DNA from: Candidatus Lindowbacteria bacterium RIFCSPLOWO2_12_FULL_62_27
GTDB taxonomy: Bacteria; Lindowbacteria; 2-12-FULL-62-27
DNA length: 64,000 bases
Reading direction: 5' to 3'
Assembly: GCA_001784175.1 (NCBI GenBank)
Contig: MFPR01000004.1
Span: 310,001 to 374,000, forward strand
The notes under the pieces were generated by a model. That model was not told the origin of the DNA and searched no databases. It was given only the letters and a program-made list of their open reading frames with translations. Below are positions 9,742 to 19,986 of the stretch, in pieces. Position 1 is the first letter of the stretch. Every line of letters starts with the position of its first letter. The position numbers were made by a program, and so were the translations under genes.

Positions 9742-12700
9742 CGAGAGTGCTGAATCCGGAACAGCAGACTGTCCTCGAGTTTCGCAACAGTTTGTGCCTT
9801 TCGGCCGGCGCCGGCAGCGGGAAAACCCGGACACTGGTCGAAAAATATCTGCAGCTTCTGCTGGACGAAGGCCGGCAGCCGCCCGAAATTCTGGCCATCA
9901 CGTTCACCGAAAAGGCGGCCGCCGAGATGCTGGCGCGCATCCGCGAGGCCATTCAAAAACGGATTCACGAGGAAACCGATCCCCAGCGGTGCGGCGATCT
10001 CGAGGACAAGCTCATGAACCTCGGCGCCGGATGGATCTCGACCATCCATTCGTTCGGCGCGCGCCTCCTGCGGGAGCATCCGGCGGAAGCCGGCGTCGAT
10101 CCGGCGTTCGCGCCGCTGCCCGAGCAGGAATCCCAGATCCTCTGGGAGTCGGCGGCGCTGGCGGCCGTGATCGAAATGGCCGACCGCGATCCCGCCGTCG
10201 GGGAACTTGCGCTGCGGCTCGGCCTCCACGGCGGCCGGCGCGGCGCGGGCCTTCTCACGGTCCTGCGCGCGATCAAACTCCAGCTCGACTCCCGCGGCTG
10301 CCGGCCGGAGGATTTCGGCGTGGTGGATTCTGTCGAAGGCCCGACGGCGGCGACACGGAGGTCAGCCGTCCCCGCCCACCGTCCGACAGGGATGTCGGAC
10401 GCTCAGGCGGGGGCGACGCTGATCGAATCTCTGAACAGGCTCTCGGAATTGCCCGGTCCCGGCCCGACCCTGCAGAGGAAACTTCCGGCGTTCCGGCGGC
10501 TCGCGCGCGATCTGGGAGGTGATCCGGGCGGAGCGCCGGTCGCCCCCAGCCGGCTCCTGCGGCTCCTCGCGCGGGCCGGCTGGGACGAGCAGGCGGAACG
10601 GCTCAAGCCGGGCGGGCCGCTGAGAAAGAACGAAAAGGAAATTTTCGCCGCCGTCGAGGCCGCGTCCCGCGATCTGGCCGGGCAGGCCGCCCGGTGGATC
10701 GAGCGCGATCTGGCCGCGACGGTCGTCCGGTTGCTCTCGGCCATGTGGCGGCACGCGGACCGTGAGAAGAGCCGGCGGCGGGCGCTCGATTTTTCCGATC
10801 TTGAAATCAAGACGCTGCATCTGCTCGAAACGCATCCCGAGGTCGTCCGATCGTATCAGGCGCGGTTCAAGCACATCCTCGTCGACGAGTATCAGGACGT
10901 CAATCCCGTTCAAGCCCGGATCGTGCGGGTTTTGGCGGGTGACCGGCCCAACAGCCTGTTTGCGGTGGGCGATCCGAAACAATCGATCTACCGGTTCCGC
11001 GGCGCGGACATCGCGCAGTTCCAGGGATTGTGGCAGGAGATGGAACAGCGGGGCGCCGCGTTTCAGCTCAAGTCCAATTACCGGAGCCATCGGAGGCTGG
11101 TGGAGGCCGTGAACGCCTTTTTCGACCGCCGGATTTTCAAAGGCCGGCCGCCGGTCGAGATGCATCCGGCGCGGACGGAGCCCGCGCCGGCCGCGGGCGC
11201 GTCCCCCGTCGAACGGCCGCGCATCCAGTGGCTCGTTTTTGATTTCGGCGACGCCGGCGCGGCGGGCCGGCGGGAGCTCGAGGCGAAGATTCTCGCGGCC
11301 CGCATCCGGCGGATGGTCGAGGACCGGCTGGCGTACGGCGACGTGGCGCTGCTGTTTCGGGCGACGAGCTCTCTATATTTATATGAAGAGGCGATGCGTG
11401 AAGCCCGGATCCCCTACGAACTCGTCAAATCCGGCACGGCGTTTCGGTCCCAGGAGGCTCTCGACCTGCTCAACGCTCTCACGGTCTTGATCGATCCGTC
11501 GGATACGGTCGGCTGGCTTGGATTTTTGCGCTCGCCGATGGCCGGCCTGTCGGACGATGCCATTCTGTCGTTGGCTGAGACGGGCGACGTGCGGAATTAC
11601 TTTCTGGGCCGTTCGGAGCTTCCCGAACTGTCCGACCGGGACCGCGAGGCGGCCGCACGAACATTGCGGCTGGTCGATCAGGGCCGGAAGATCGAGCGCA
11701 AGATTCGGACGCCGCTGGCGCTCCTCGACTGGATCGTCGCCGAAACCGGATACCTCGCGATCCTGAAGGGCCTGCCGCAGTCCGACGCCCGGCGAAGAAA
11801 TCTCGAGACCCTCCGGTCCGCCGCCGCGCAATACGCGGAACACCGGCCGGACCCCCACGTCGCGTTTCTCGAAGCCGCATGGCGGATGGTCGAACGGAAT
11901 GAACGGGAAAGCGGCATGGACGTGCCGGCCCGGGACGCCGTCAAGCTCATGACGATCCATCAGGCCAAGGGCCTTGAATTTCCGGTCGTGATCCTGCCGG
12001 ACCTTCTGCGGTCCGAATCCGTTCGCACGCCCGATTTTTGCGTCGTGCCGGACAGCGCGCGCCTGACGCTCGCCGCCCGCGTGAAACTGGCGGGGCTGGC
12101 CGAAAAATTTCCGACCCCGCGATGGCGCGCGGCCAAGGAGGAGTTGGTCCTGAGCGAATCGGAGGAACAGAAGCGCCTGCTCTACGTCGCCATGACGCGC
12201 GCCCAGGACCTGCTCGTCCTGCCGGGGCCCGCCACACCCGCGCCGGGCGGCCGGACCGTGTGGGAGATGCTGTACGAGTTTTTGGCGGAGGAGGGGGAAC
12301 ACGTCGAGCGAGTCACGGCGAGTCTTCCGGGCGGGCCCGCCGCGCGCGAAGAAGACACGCCGCTCCTCGACCGGCTCTCCCGCGTGGAACTCCGCCCGGC
12401 GCCGCCGCCCGCGCTCATTCGCGTGCGGACGGTCCGACAAGCCACGGCGATTAAGGAGATCGTCGAAGGCGCGGCCGCGCCGCCCTCGATCTCGCGTACC
12501 CCGGACCCCTACGCCGTGGCACTGGGCATTCTGGCGCACGAAGCGCTGGAAGACGCGGATTTTTTCCTCGATGCGGACCGCCAGACCCGGCGGCTGGACG
12601 AATACTTGCGGGACCGGCAGCCGTGGCTGTTTTTGCCGGCCAAACGCATGGATCAACTTCAAAAAAATATCGCGCGGTTTTTCCAATCGCCCCTCATGGA

Positions 12701-13139
12701 ACGCCTGCGAACGGAACGGCCGACCCTCTACAAGGAATACCCGTTCACGTTCCGGCTTCGGGGCGCGGCGACACGGAGGTCAGCCGTCCCCGCCCACCGT
12801 CCGACAGGGATGTCGGACGCTCAGGCGGGGGCGGAACAGGAAGTCTGGATCCGAGGGAAAATCGACCTCCTGATTCTGGGAAAGGCCGGACCCGAAATTT
12901 ACGACTACAAATACACCGACCCGACGCCGACGTTCGGCCCCTACGAGGGCCAGCTTCTGGCCTATGCCCTCGCGGCCTGCGACGCCTTCGACGCGCCGGC
13001 CGTCACGGTCGGCCTGCAGTTTCTCTCAGGCGCCCAGCCGATCCTCGCGAAAGAAATCAGCCGGGAAGAGGCCGGGCGCGGGATCGAATCCCTGCTCCGC
13101 GTTACTCCTCCTCGTCCCGCTCGCTCAGAAACGTCTTGA
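9738..13139 (+). CDS. addA: AddA/UvrD-like helicase-nuclease subunit
   Basis: AGAGSGKT, ITFTEKAA, VDEYQD, VGDPKQSIYRFRGAD, MTIHQAKGLEF, LYVAMTRA; C-terminal GKIDLL...DYK nuclease. Confidence 0.93.
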   Translation: MTRVLNPEQQTVLEFRNSLCLSAGAGSGKTRTLVEKYLQLLLDEGRQPPEILAITFTEKAAAEMLARIREAIQKRIHEETDPQRCGDLEDKLMNLGAGWISTIHSFGARLLREHPAEAGVDPAFAPLPEQESQILWESAALAAVIEMADRDPAVGELALRLGLHGGRRGAGLLTVLRAIKLQLDSRGCRPEDFGVVDSVEGPTAATRRSAVPAHRPTGMSDAQAGATLIESLNRLSELPGPGPTLQRKLPAFRRLARDLGGDPGGAPVAPSRLLRLLARAGWDEQAERLKPGGPLRKNEKEIFAAVEAASRDLAGQAARWIERDLAATVVRLLSAMWRHADREKSRRRALDFSDLEIKTLHLLETHPEVVRSYQARFKHILVDEYQDVNPVQARIVRVLAGDRPNSLFAVGDPKQSIYRFRGADIAQFQGLWQEMEQRGAAFQLKSNYRSHRRLVEAVNAFFDRRIFKGRPPVEMHPARTEPAPAAGASPVERPRIQWLVFDFGDAGAAGRRELEAKILAARIRRMVEDRLAYGDVALLFRATSSLYLYEEAMREARIPYELVKSGTAFRSQEALDLLNALTVLIDPSDTVGWLGFLRSPMAGLSDDAILSLAETGDVRNYFLGRSELPELSDRDREAAARTLRLVDQGRKIERKIRTPLALLDWIVAETGYLAILKGLPQSDARRRNLETLRSAAAQYAEHRPDPHVAFLEAAWRMVERNERESGMDVPARDAVKLMTIHQAKGLEFPVVILPDLLRSESVRTPDFCVVPDSARLTLAARVKLAGLAEKFPTPRWRAAKEELVLSESEEQKRLLYVAMTRAQDLLVLPGPATPAPGGRTVWEMLYEFLAEEGEHVERVTASLPGGPAAREEDTPLLDRLSRVELRPAPPPALIRVRTVRQATAIKEIVEGAAAPPSISRTPDPYAVALGILAHEALEDADFFLDADRQTRRLDEYLRDRQPWLFLPAKRMDQLQKNIARFFQSPLMERLRTERPTLYKEYPFTFRLRGAATRRSAVPAHRPTGMSDAQAGAEQEVWIRGKIDLLILGKAGPEIYDYKYTDPTPTFGPYEGQLLAYALAACDAFDAPAVTVGLQFLSGAQPILAKEISREEAGRGIESLLRVTPPRPARSETS
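10347..10415 (+). repeat. 69-bp intragenic palindromic repeat, copy 1 (in addA)
   Basis: GCGGCGACACGGAGGTCAGCCGTCCCCGCCCACCGTCCGACAGGGATGTCGGACGCTCAGGCGGGGGCG; identical to 12765-12833. Confidence 0.95.
12765..12833 (+). repeat. 69-bp intragenic palindromic repeat, copy 2 (in addA)
   Basis: Identical to copy 1; again encodes AATRRSAVPAHRPTGMSDAQAGA. Confidence 0.95.
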
Positions 13140-14718
13140 TCCCGTCCGCGATCGCCCATGCGGCGCGGTCCCGGAAATCCGGGTCGAGGATAAGCGCCTC
13201 CTCGGGCGGCCACATGAGGTAGGCGCATTCGATCAGGATGGCGGGCATGTAGGACTGGCGGGTGACGTGGAAGTTCGCGTAGTGGAGTCCGTCGTCCCTC
13301 AGCGGGATGGAGGCTCTCATCGCGGCGTGGACCGCTTCGGCCAGAGGCTGGCTGAAGGGCTGGAAGTAATAGACGCTGAATCCATTTTTTTCAAATGGAT
13401 TGTCCGCCGGCGGAAGCGCGTTGGCATGGATGGAGACGAACAGGTCCGCCGACGCCTGACGCGCGCGCAGGACGCGGTCCGGCAGCGCCAGCGTTTCGCC
13501 GTCCTGCCGGGTCATCACCACATCGGCGCCGTTGGAAACCAGAACATCCCGAAGCGACACCGCCATCCGCCAGTTGGCCGCATGCTCGGTCGTTCCCATC
13601 GGCCCTGTGGCGCCGAGCGGGGGATGGCCGGGATCGAGGCAGACGCGGACGCCCGCGAGATAGTTCGGCGGCGGGGGGGCGGGCGGCGGCACGGAAGTCC
13701 GCCGTCCCCGCCCACCGTCCGACATGGATGTCGGACGCTCAGGCGGGGGCGACGCCGGCGGATCCCTGAGTTCCAGAATCAACCGGAGCCCTTCATACCG
13801 CACATCGTATCCCCACAGCGGCCGGCGAAGTTCCAAGTCCAACTGATAGACGCCCTCCATCGGTTGGCTCCAGCGCGCCAGGCGAATCCATGGATCATCC
13901 GAGGCGTAATGGAGCCAGTCCGTGTTTGAGATGCCGCCATAGATTTTCAGCGACATCGACCGGCCGTCCGGCGCGACCGTCACGCGATAGGGGAGAAGTT
14001 CCTCGAGGCCGGTTTGAAGAAGGGTCGACCGGGTGTTGCGGCGAACTGTCCAGCCGTTGACGAAACTCTGGGGCGACGGCGTCTGTTTGGGCAGCAATTT
14101 GACCGTATGCGCTTCTACCCAGACGGACTCAAGCGCCGACAATCGGACATGCAGGGACTTGTCGATCTGGCCGACGACCGTCACGAGGACGTTTTTCTGC
14201 AATGGAAGTTCAAACCCGGCCTGCTCGTCGCCGCGGTCCGGTCCGGACCGGAGATACGCCGTGTCGGCGGCGATCCGGCCGATCCGGTGCGGTTTCCAGA
14301 CGCGTTCCTCCGGAGGTTTGTGAACCGCCCAGTCGCCCACATTTCCGGCAGGTTTTGCGGCGTTGCCCGGCGCTCCGTTGACGGTGACCTTGCGCGCCAC
14401 CTGCGTTTCGGTCCCGTCCTCCAGCCGGGCGGCGGCGACGATGGTCATCTTGCCGGCCGTGAGCGGAATGACGGCCAGCCACCCGCCCAGACTCGAACGG
14501 ACGATGGGCGAATCAAGGCCGTGGACGGTCACACGAGCATCGGGCGGATGAACCGACCCGAAGACAAACGTCCGCTCGAGGGCCGGCAACGACATTTTTT
14601 CCGGAGGATGGACAATCTGGATTCGGAGCTGGGGCGAGTCCCCTGCCGCAGCCCCAACGGCCACGGCCGCGGGCGCCGCCACCACGCCCAGCAGCCACCC
14701 CCATACCGCGTTGCGCAA
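13102..14718 (-). CDS. N-acetylmuramoyl-L-alanine amidase (Amidase_3)
   Basis: Signal peptide; LDPGH, TEHAAN, FVSIHANA, PAILIEC. Confidence 0.9.
   Translation of the reverse strand: MRNAVWGWLLGVVAAPAAVAVGAAAGDSPQLRIQIVHPPEKMSLPALERTFVFGSVHPPDARVTVHGLDSPIVRSSLGGWLAVIPLTAGKMTIVAAARLEDGTETQVARKVTVNGAPGNAAKPAGNVGDWAVHKPPEERVWKPHRIGRIAADTAYLRSGPDRGDEQAGFELPLQKNVLVTVVGQIDKSLHVRLSALESVWVEAHTVKLLPKQTPSPQSFVNGWTVRRNTRSTLLQTGLEELLPYRVTVAPDGRSMSLKIYGGISNTDWLHYASDDPWIRLARWSQPMEGVYQLDLELRRPLWGYDVRYEGLRLILELRDPPASPPPERPTSMSDGGRGRRTSVPPPAPPPPNYLAGVRVCLDPGHPPLGATGPMGTTEHAANWRMAVSLRDVLVSNGADVVMTRQDGETLALPDRVLRARQASADLFVSIHANALPPADNPFEKNGFSVYYFQPFSQPLAEAVHAAMRASIPLRDDGLHYANFHVTRQSYMPAILIECAYLMWPPEEALILDPDFRDRAAWAIADGIKTFLSERDEEE
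13683..13751 (+). repeat. 69-bp intragenic palindromic repeat, copy 3 (antisense within amidase)
   Basis: Few substitutions relative to copy 1; read on the minus strand as PPPERPTSMSDGGRGRRTSVPP. Confidence 0.93.
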
Positions 14719-14825
14719 AGACCTTCCCCCTTCTCGTGGCGGCTGCCGCCACTTCTACAATCGGTCGTTACCTTATGAGAAGCCTATTGGAAACGATCCC
14801 AACCTCTCGAATCGGAATCCGAAAC

Positions 14826-15086
14826 CTATTTCAGGTGCTTGCTGACGAGCTTGGTCATCTCGAACATGTCGACCCGGCTCTTGCCCAAGACTGCCTTCAT
14901 CGCGGCGTCCGCGTTGATCATCCGCCGCTGCTTGGCGTCCTGCAGTTTGTGTTTCTTGATGTACTTCCACAAATTCTTGGTGATTTCCGTGCGTGGAGCC
15001 GCCTTGCTTCCGACGACCGCCGACAGCGCCGCATCCGGCTGAACCGGCTTCATGAACGCCGCGCTCGGCTTCCTCTTTCCGGCCAT
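14826..15086 (-). CDS. SWIB/MDM2 domain protein
   Basis: PRTEITKNLWKYIKKHKLQDAKQRRMINAD...MFEMTKLVSKHL; GGAGG RBS. Confidence 0.92.
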   Translation of the reverse strand: MAGKRKPSAAFMKPVQPDAALSAVVGSKAAPRTEITKNLWKYIKKHKLQDAKQRRMINADAAMKAVLGKSRVDMFEMTKLVSKHLK

Positions 15087-15144
15087 GTAAACAGCCTCCC
15101 GAACATAAGATTTCCCCGCGCCATCTGGCGCGAGTCAAAAATCG

Positions 15145-15218
<74 letters not shown>

Positions 15219-15329
15219 TCAACGCTACGCTTTATACGTTACGAGGGGGAAATGTCAAGCGGAAACTCGAGAAATGCGGCGGAACACAGCGGATGGACCC
15301 CTTGATTTCCTTGATTCTTTCCGTGTCGT

Positions 15330-17288
15330 GTGTTTCGATCAGTAACGATACCCATGAGACGAAACAGAAGAGCAGCATCGAGTGCGGCGTTCCTGCTGAT
15401 TTTTTTATGCGGTTCAGTCGTCGCGTCCGACCGCGCCGAAGTCGGCCGGATCCTCAAACTTGTCCGGACGGTGGCGGAAGGCGGTTCCAGCAGGGGCGGG
15501 ATTCGGCCGGCGCTGAGTCCGGCCCTTCTCGATAATCCGCGGCTGGCATTGCCGCACTTGAATGACACGGATTTTCTCCAGCGATTGAAGTGGTATGCGC
15601 CCTTTGCACGGACACGCGAGGATCAAGCCGCAACGGCGATCGGGCTGTGGATCGCAACTCATGCCGAAACCATTGCGGCCGCGCCGGATCAGAAGTCCGA
15701 CGGCGATCGCATCACGCTCGTATGGCCCGGAAGCCTCCTCGTGCTGGAACGGACACCGGACGGCCTGCGGATCGCTGGGACGGCCGAAACGGCCGCGACG
15801 CCACCTCTTGTCCGGCCGCCCCCGGCCGACGGCCCGGCCCGGCGCCAGGCCACGATCGTGTTCACCAACGACATCCACGGGTATCTCTTGCCGTATCCGG
15901 ATCCTTGGTCGAAAGCGGAGACGCGGCCGATCGTGGGGGGTGTCACCTCCATCGCCACGTACGTGCGGCGCTGCCGGGCCATCGCCGCCGCGCAGGACGT
16001 GCCGCTCTTTCTGTTCGACGCCGGCGATCTCTATCAAGGAACGCCCGAGGGGACCCTGACCAAGGGGTCCGTCATGGTCCCGGTCATGAACTCGCTTTCG
16101 TACGACGCCATCGCCATCGGCAATCACGAATACGACCACGGCCGCCAAAACGCCGAGCGGCTCGTCGCGGCCCTCAAGGCGCCGGTCCTCGGCGCAAACG
16201 TGTTCGACTCGACGACGCGAAAACTCGAAAAGGGCCTGAGGCGGCGCCTCGTGCTGGACCGCGGCGGCGTCCGGGTGGGCCTGACGGGAATTCTGACGAC
16301 CCACATGCGAGGCCTGACGTTTGCCAAAAATATTCTGAACCTCGACTTTCGGCCGCACATCCCGACGCTGGCCGGCATCCTGCCCGATCTGCACGCCGCG
16401 AATCCGGATCTGATGATCCTTCTTTCTCACACGGGCTTCCAGGAGGACACAGCGCTGGCGGATGCGGTTCCCGGGATCGACATCATCCTGGGCGGGCATT
16501 CGCATACGGAAGTCGAAACGGCGTGGATCGCCAAGAACAGGACCGTTGTCGTCCAGACGCAGGGCAAGGCGTCGCACATCGGCCGGATGGACGTCCTGAT
16601 CCTGCCGGGCGGGGGCGTCGACACGTTTGTGTGGCAACTGGTTCCGCTCACGGTCAAGGCGTTTCCGCCGGACCGGCGGATCGGCCGGGTGATCGGGGAC
16701 GCGACCCGCGGGGTCACCGCGGAGATGGGCCGTGTCATCGGCCGAAGCGACACGGATATCCCGTACGCCTATCGCAAAGAATCGGCGATGGGCCGGCTTA
16801 CGACCGACCTCCTGAGAGCGTGGGCCGGCGCGGACATCGCCATCCTCGCCGGAGGCGGGATGCGCGCCGGATTCATTCCGGGTCCCATCGCCGTCCGCGA
16901 TTGTTTTCAGGTTTTTCCTTTCGGCAATCCGCTCGCGGTCGCCGATGTGCGGGGCGCTGCGCTCCTGCGCGTGCTGGAACACGGCGTTTCGACGGACCGC
17001 GGGCGCATTCAGGTCTCCGGCGTCACCATCCTCGCCGACACCTCGCTCCCGCGCGGCCGGCGGATCGTGGAGGTCCGGGTGGCCGACGTTCCGATCGACA
17101 CGGATCGAACGTACCGTGTCGTGACGGACGGATTTCTTGCGCAGGGCGGCAGCGGATTTTTTGCGAAGGAGCCCATCGACTGGGACATCCATACGGAGCA
17201 AACGCCCTTTGATCTTCTGCGCGACCACGTCGCGCGGGTCGGCGACGTCCGTGCGCCGGCGGCGGAACGTATCCGGTACCGGCAGTGA
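15330..17288 (+). CDS. 5'-nucleotidase / bifunctional metallophosphoesterase with N-terminal extension
   Basis: TNDIHG, DAGDLYQG, GNHEYD, LSHTG, GGHSH; C-terminal 5'-NT domain (GGMR, PFGN); start may be ATG 15354. Confidence 0.9.
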   Translation: MFRSVTIPMRRNRRAASSAAFLLIFLCGSVVASDRAEVGRILKLVRTVAEGGSSRGGIRPALSPALLDNPRLALPHLNDTDFLQRLKWYAPFARTREDQAATAIGLWIATHAETIAAAPDQKSDGDRITLVWPGSLLVLERTPDGLRIAGTAETAATPPLVRPPPADGPARRQATIVFTNDIHGYLLPYPDPWSKAETRPIVGGVTSIATYVRRCRAIAAAQDVPLFLFDAGDLYQGTPEGTLTKGSVMVPVMNSLSYDAIAIGNHEYDHGRQNAERLVAALKAPVLGANVFDSTTRKLEKGLRRRLVLDRGGVRVGLTGILTTHMRGLTFAKNILNLDFRPHIPTLAGILPDLHAANPDLMILLSHTGFQEDTALADAVPGIDIILGGHSHTEVETAWIAKNRTVVVQTQGKASHIGRMDVLILPGGGVDTFVWQLVPLTVKAFPPDRRIGRVIGDATRGVTAEMGRVIGRSDTDIPYAYRKESAMGRLTTDLLRAWAGADIAILAGGGMRAGFIPGPIAVRDCFQVFPFGNPLAVADVRGAALLRVLEHGVSTDRGRIQVSGVTILADTSLPRGRRIVEVRVADVPIDTDRTYRVVTDGFLAQGGSGFFAKEPIDWDIHTEQTPFDLLRDHVARVGDVRAPAAERIRYRQ

Positions 17289-17340
17289 AATACGCCCGGT
17301 CAATTGAACGCCGGGCGGAAAACTGCTAGAGTCACGTCCA

Positions 17341-18444
17341 ATGTGGAAAACCACTGAAGGCAGCACGGGGCGTCTGATCCAGTTTTGTCTCGGATATTTT
17401 ATTTTCTATGTAATCACGGGCGTGACCGTCAAATATTTCACGGGCCCGGCGGCCGGCGGGTTTCCAGGCATGCAGGACGCCGAGTTCCTCGTCTACAGCA
17501 CCTTCGGCGGGTCCATCATCTGCCTTTTGGTGGTCTTCGCCCGAGGGTGGTACCGGACGCAGACGGAGCCTCGGATGGAATTCGCCGGCGTCCGATTTCC
17601 AAGCGCGTATCTCTACATTTTTCCCTCCGGGTTCTGCACGGCCGTCATCATCCCGACGACGACCATGATGTACATGCTGCCGATTTCGGTCATGGTGGCG
17701 ATGGTGATCATGCGCGCGAGCGTGATCGTCATCGGCCGCATCGTCGACGGCATCCAGATCCGGCAGGGGATCCTGAAGAAGAAGGTCTACCAGGAGGAAA
17801 ACACGGCAGCGATCTTCGCCATCACCGCGGCGGGGATACAGATCTTCTTCGTCAAGCCCGGCGACTTCGACTTCCTCCACGCGCCCGTCGCCATGACGAT
17901 CCTCGGGTCCTACCTCACCGCCTACATGTTTCGCATCTACATCATGAACTACTTCAAAAATACCCGGCCGAAAGGGGCGCCGCAGAACAACGAGTGGTTC
18001 TTCGCGATCGAGCAGATCGCAGCCAGCGTGTCGATGGCCCTGATCGCCCTGCCCGTGTTTTTCGCGCCCGAACTGTTCGGCCGCACGCACGCGCAGATTG
18101 AGCTGTTTCGAGGCGCAATCTTCCAACCCCTGCCCGGCTGGCCGTCCGCAGTTCTGGCCGGCACGGCCTTCGGCGGCGTCGCGTTTTTTTCGGTGTTCAT
18201 CTTCATGTTCAAAGGCCGGACCGCCACCTTCGCCAACCTCGTCAACCGGCTCACCTCGCTGGTGGCCGGCACCGCCGCGACCCTCCTCTTCGCGCTGATG
18301 TACGGCGGCAAGCTTCCCAAGATCCAGGACTGGATATCGCTTCTGTACATTGTGATCGCCGTCGTCTACCTCGCGATCGCGGAACGGCGGCGCGTCGCGG
18401 AACTTGCGGCAGCCCAGGAACTGAATTCCGGCGCCCCGAAGTGA
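17341..18444 (+). CDS. Multi-pass membrane protein (possibly DMT-like transporter)
   Basis: About 10 hydrophobic segments; GTGA-coupled to the next gene. Confidence 0.75.
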   Translation: MWKTTEGSTGRLIQFCLGYFIFYVITGVTVKYFTGPAAGGFPGMQDAEFLVYSTFGGSIICLLVVFARGWYRTQTEPRMEFAGVRFPSAYLYIFPSGFCTAVIIPTTTMMYMLPISVMVAMVIMRASVIVIGRIVDGIQIRQGILKKKVYQEENTAAIFAITAAGIQIFFVKPGDFDFLHAPVAMTILGSYLTAYMFRIYIMNYFKNTRPKGAPQNNEWFFAIEQIAASVSMALIALPVFFAPELFGRTHAQIELFRGAIFQPLPGWPSAVLAGTAFGGVAFFSVFIFMFKGRTATFANLVNRLTSLVAGTAATLLFALMYGGKLPKIQDWISLLYIVIAVVYLAIAERRRVAELAAAQELNSGAPK

Positions 18445-19406
18445 CGGACCTTCTCGAATCGGTCGTCCTCATCGCGCTGCCGGCCTCCGGCAAGTCCGAG
18501 GTGCGCCGATACATCGATCATCTCCCGCCGGACCGCCGCGCGCGCGATCTTCGGATGGGGCCGAGCGTCCAGTTGGACGATTACCCTTATGTGCACCTTC
18601 TGCGCCGGATCGATGACGAGCTGGTCGCGCTCGGCAAACCCCGTTTCTACTATCACGCGCCCGACCGGCCCTTTCAGGACCCATGGCTGTGGGGAACGCT
18701 GATCGAGCTTCTGAACGAGGATCACGCGGACATGGTCGCCCGGCGAATTCAAACCCCGCCGTCCGCGGCCGCCCATTATTTTCAGCGGATCGATTCCGCT
18801 TCCGAAAAAGCGGGCGCGCGCACGCTGATGAACACCCTCGATCAGAAAACGTCGAATGTCCTGGCCGCGGCGCTCGAAAAGGAAACACGAAAAATGCTGG
18901 ATGAGAAACAGGCCGGGTATCCCGACACGCCGAAAGGCAAAACGCTCGTCATCGAGTTTGCGCGCGGCGGACCCGCCGGCGCCGCCATGCCCCTGCCGGA
19001 TCCCCTCGGCTACCGGTACTCGCTGTCTCGTCTTTCGGAGGGAATCCTCCGAAGCGCCACAGTCCTGTACATCTGGGTGACGCCGGAGGAGTCCCGGCGG
19101 AAAAACGAGGCGCGCACCGACCCGAACGACCCCGGCTCCATCCTCCACCACGGCGTGCCGGCGGAGGTCATGATGAAGGATTACGGATGCGACGACATCG
19201 ACTGGCTGATCCAGACCAGCGACCGGCCCGGCCGCATCGCCCTCCAGGCCCACGGAAAAAGATTCCACCTGCCGGTTGCGCGGTTCGACAACCGGGTGGA
19301 CAAGACATCATTTTTGCGCGCCGACCCCGCCGCCTGGAATCCCGAGGACGTGCGGAAGGTGCATGAAGGATTAAGCGAGGCGTTGAAACAGATGGCGGGA
19401 GGTTGA
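18441..19406 (+). CDS. Hypothetical P-loop kinase-like protein
   Basis: N-terminal LIALPASGKS Walker-A-like motif; LVIEFARG; ESRRKNEAR lid-like motif. Confidence 0.7.
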   Translation: MTDLLESVVLIALPASGKSEVRRYIDHLPPDRRARDLRMGPSVQLDDYPYVHLLRRIDDELVALGKPRFYYHAPDRPFQDPWLWGTLIELLNEDHADMVARRIQTPPSAAAHYFQRIDSASEKAGARTLMNTLDQKTSNVLAAALEKETRKMLDEKQAGYPDTPKGKTLVIEFARGGPAGAAMPLPDPLGYRYSLSRLSEGILRSATVLYIWVTPEESRRKNEARTDPNDPGSILHHGVPAEVMMKDYGCDDIDWLIQTSDRPGRIALQAHGKRFHLPVARFDNRVDKTSFLRADPAAWNPEDVRKVHEGLSEALKQMAGG

Positions 19407-19409
19407 CCC

Positions 19410-19964
19410 GTGCTGAAGAAATTATTTTTTTTCATCCTGCTGATCGCCTACGTCATCGCCTTCGCCGCCAACAAACTCCTCGACAAATCCGTCGGGTTCG
19501 ATTATGACATGACCCTCGCGTATTCGAGGCCGACCTTTGAGGCCGAGAAGAAGGAAGAGCCGTCTGAACGGATCGACTGGACGCTCGTCAACGGCCGGCT
19601 CCTCTCGGCCGAAAAACGAAAACGCGCCGCATGGCTCGTGCCCCTGTCCAAGATCTTCGGATACACGCCGATCGTCGTGACGGCACGCCCGGAAATCAAG
19701 GGCGCCCTCTTCCGCGCGCACGTCCAGCGAGTCTACGGCATCAAGCCGGAAGACGTCTACATGACGAGGGACAAGTCGGCGGTGCTGGCGAAACGCAACG
19801 TGACTGTATTTTTCGGCGACAGCGACGGCGACATCACCGAGGCCCAGGAGGCCGGCATCCGGGCCATCCGGATCCGGCGGGCCGACGACGATCCCTACAA
19901 GGAGAATTACAACCCCGGAAAGTACGGCGAATTCGTTCTGCCGTTTTCAGCGGATCACGACTGA
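19410..19964 (+). CDS. aphA: Class B acid phosphatase-like HAD protein
   Basis: Signal peptide; GFDYDMTL (DxD), VTAR, FGDSDGDI, IRIRRA. Confidence 0.75.
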   Translation: MLKKLFFFILLIAYVIAFAANKLLDKSVGFDYDMTLAYSRPTFEAEKKEEPSERIDWTLVNGRLLSAEKRKRAAWLVPLSKIFGYTPIVVTARPEIKGALFRAHVQRVYGIKPEDVYMTRDKSAVLAKRNVTVFFGDSDGDITEAQEAGIRAIRIRRADDDPYKENYNPGKYGEFVLPFSADHD

Positions 19965-19986
19965 TTCGGTGGCGCCAGCTTCTGTT

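Noticed and set aside
14826-15086. SWIB plus HDAC as a eukaryote-like chromatin system
   Set aside because: Both families are well known in bacteria and the genes are about 27 kb apart with no link.
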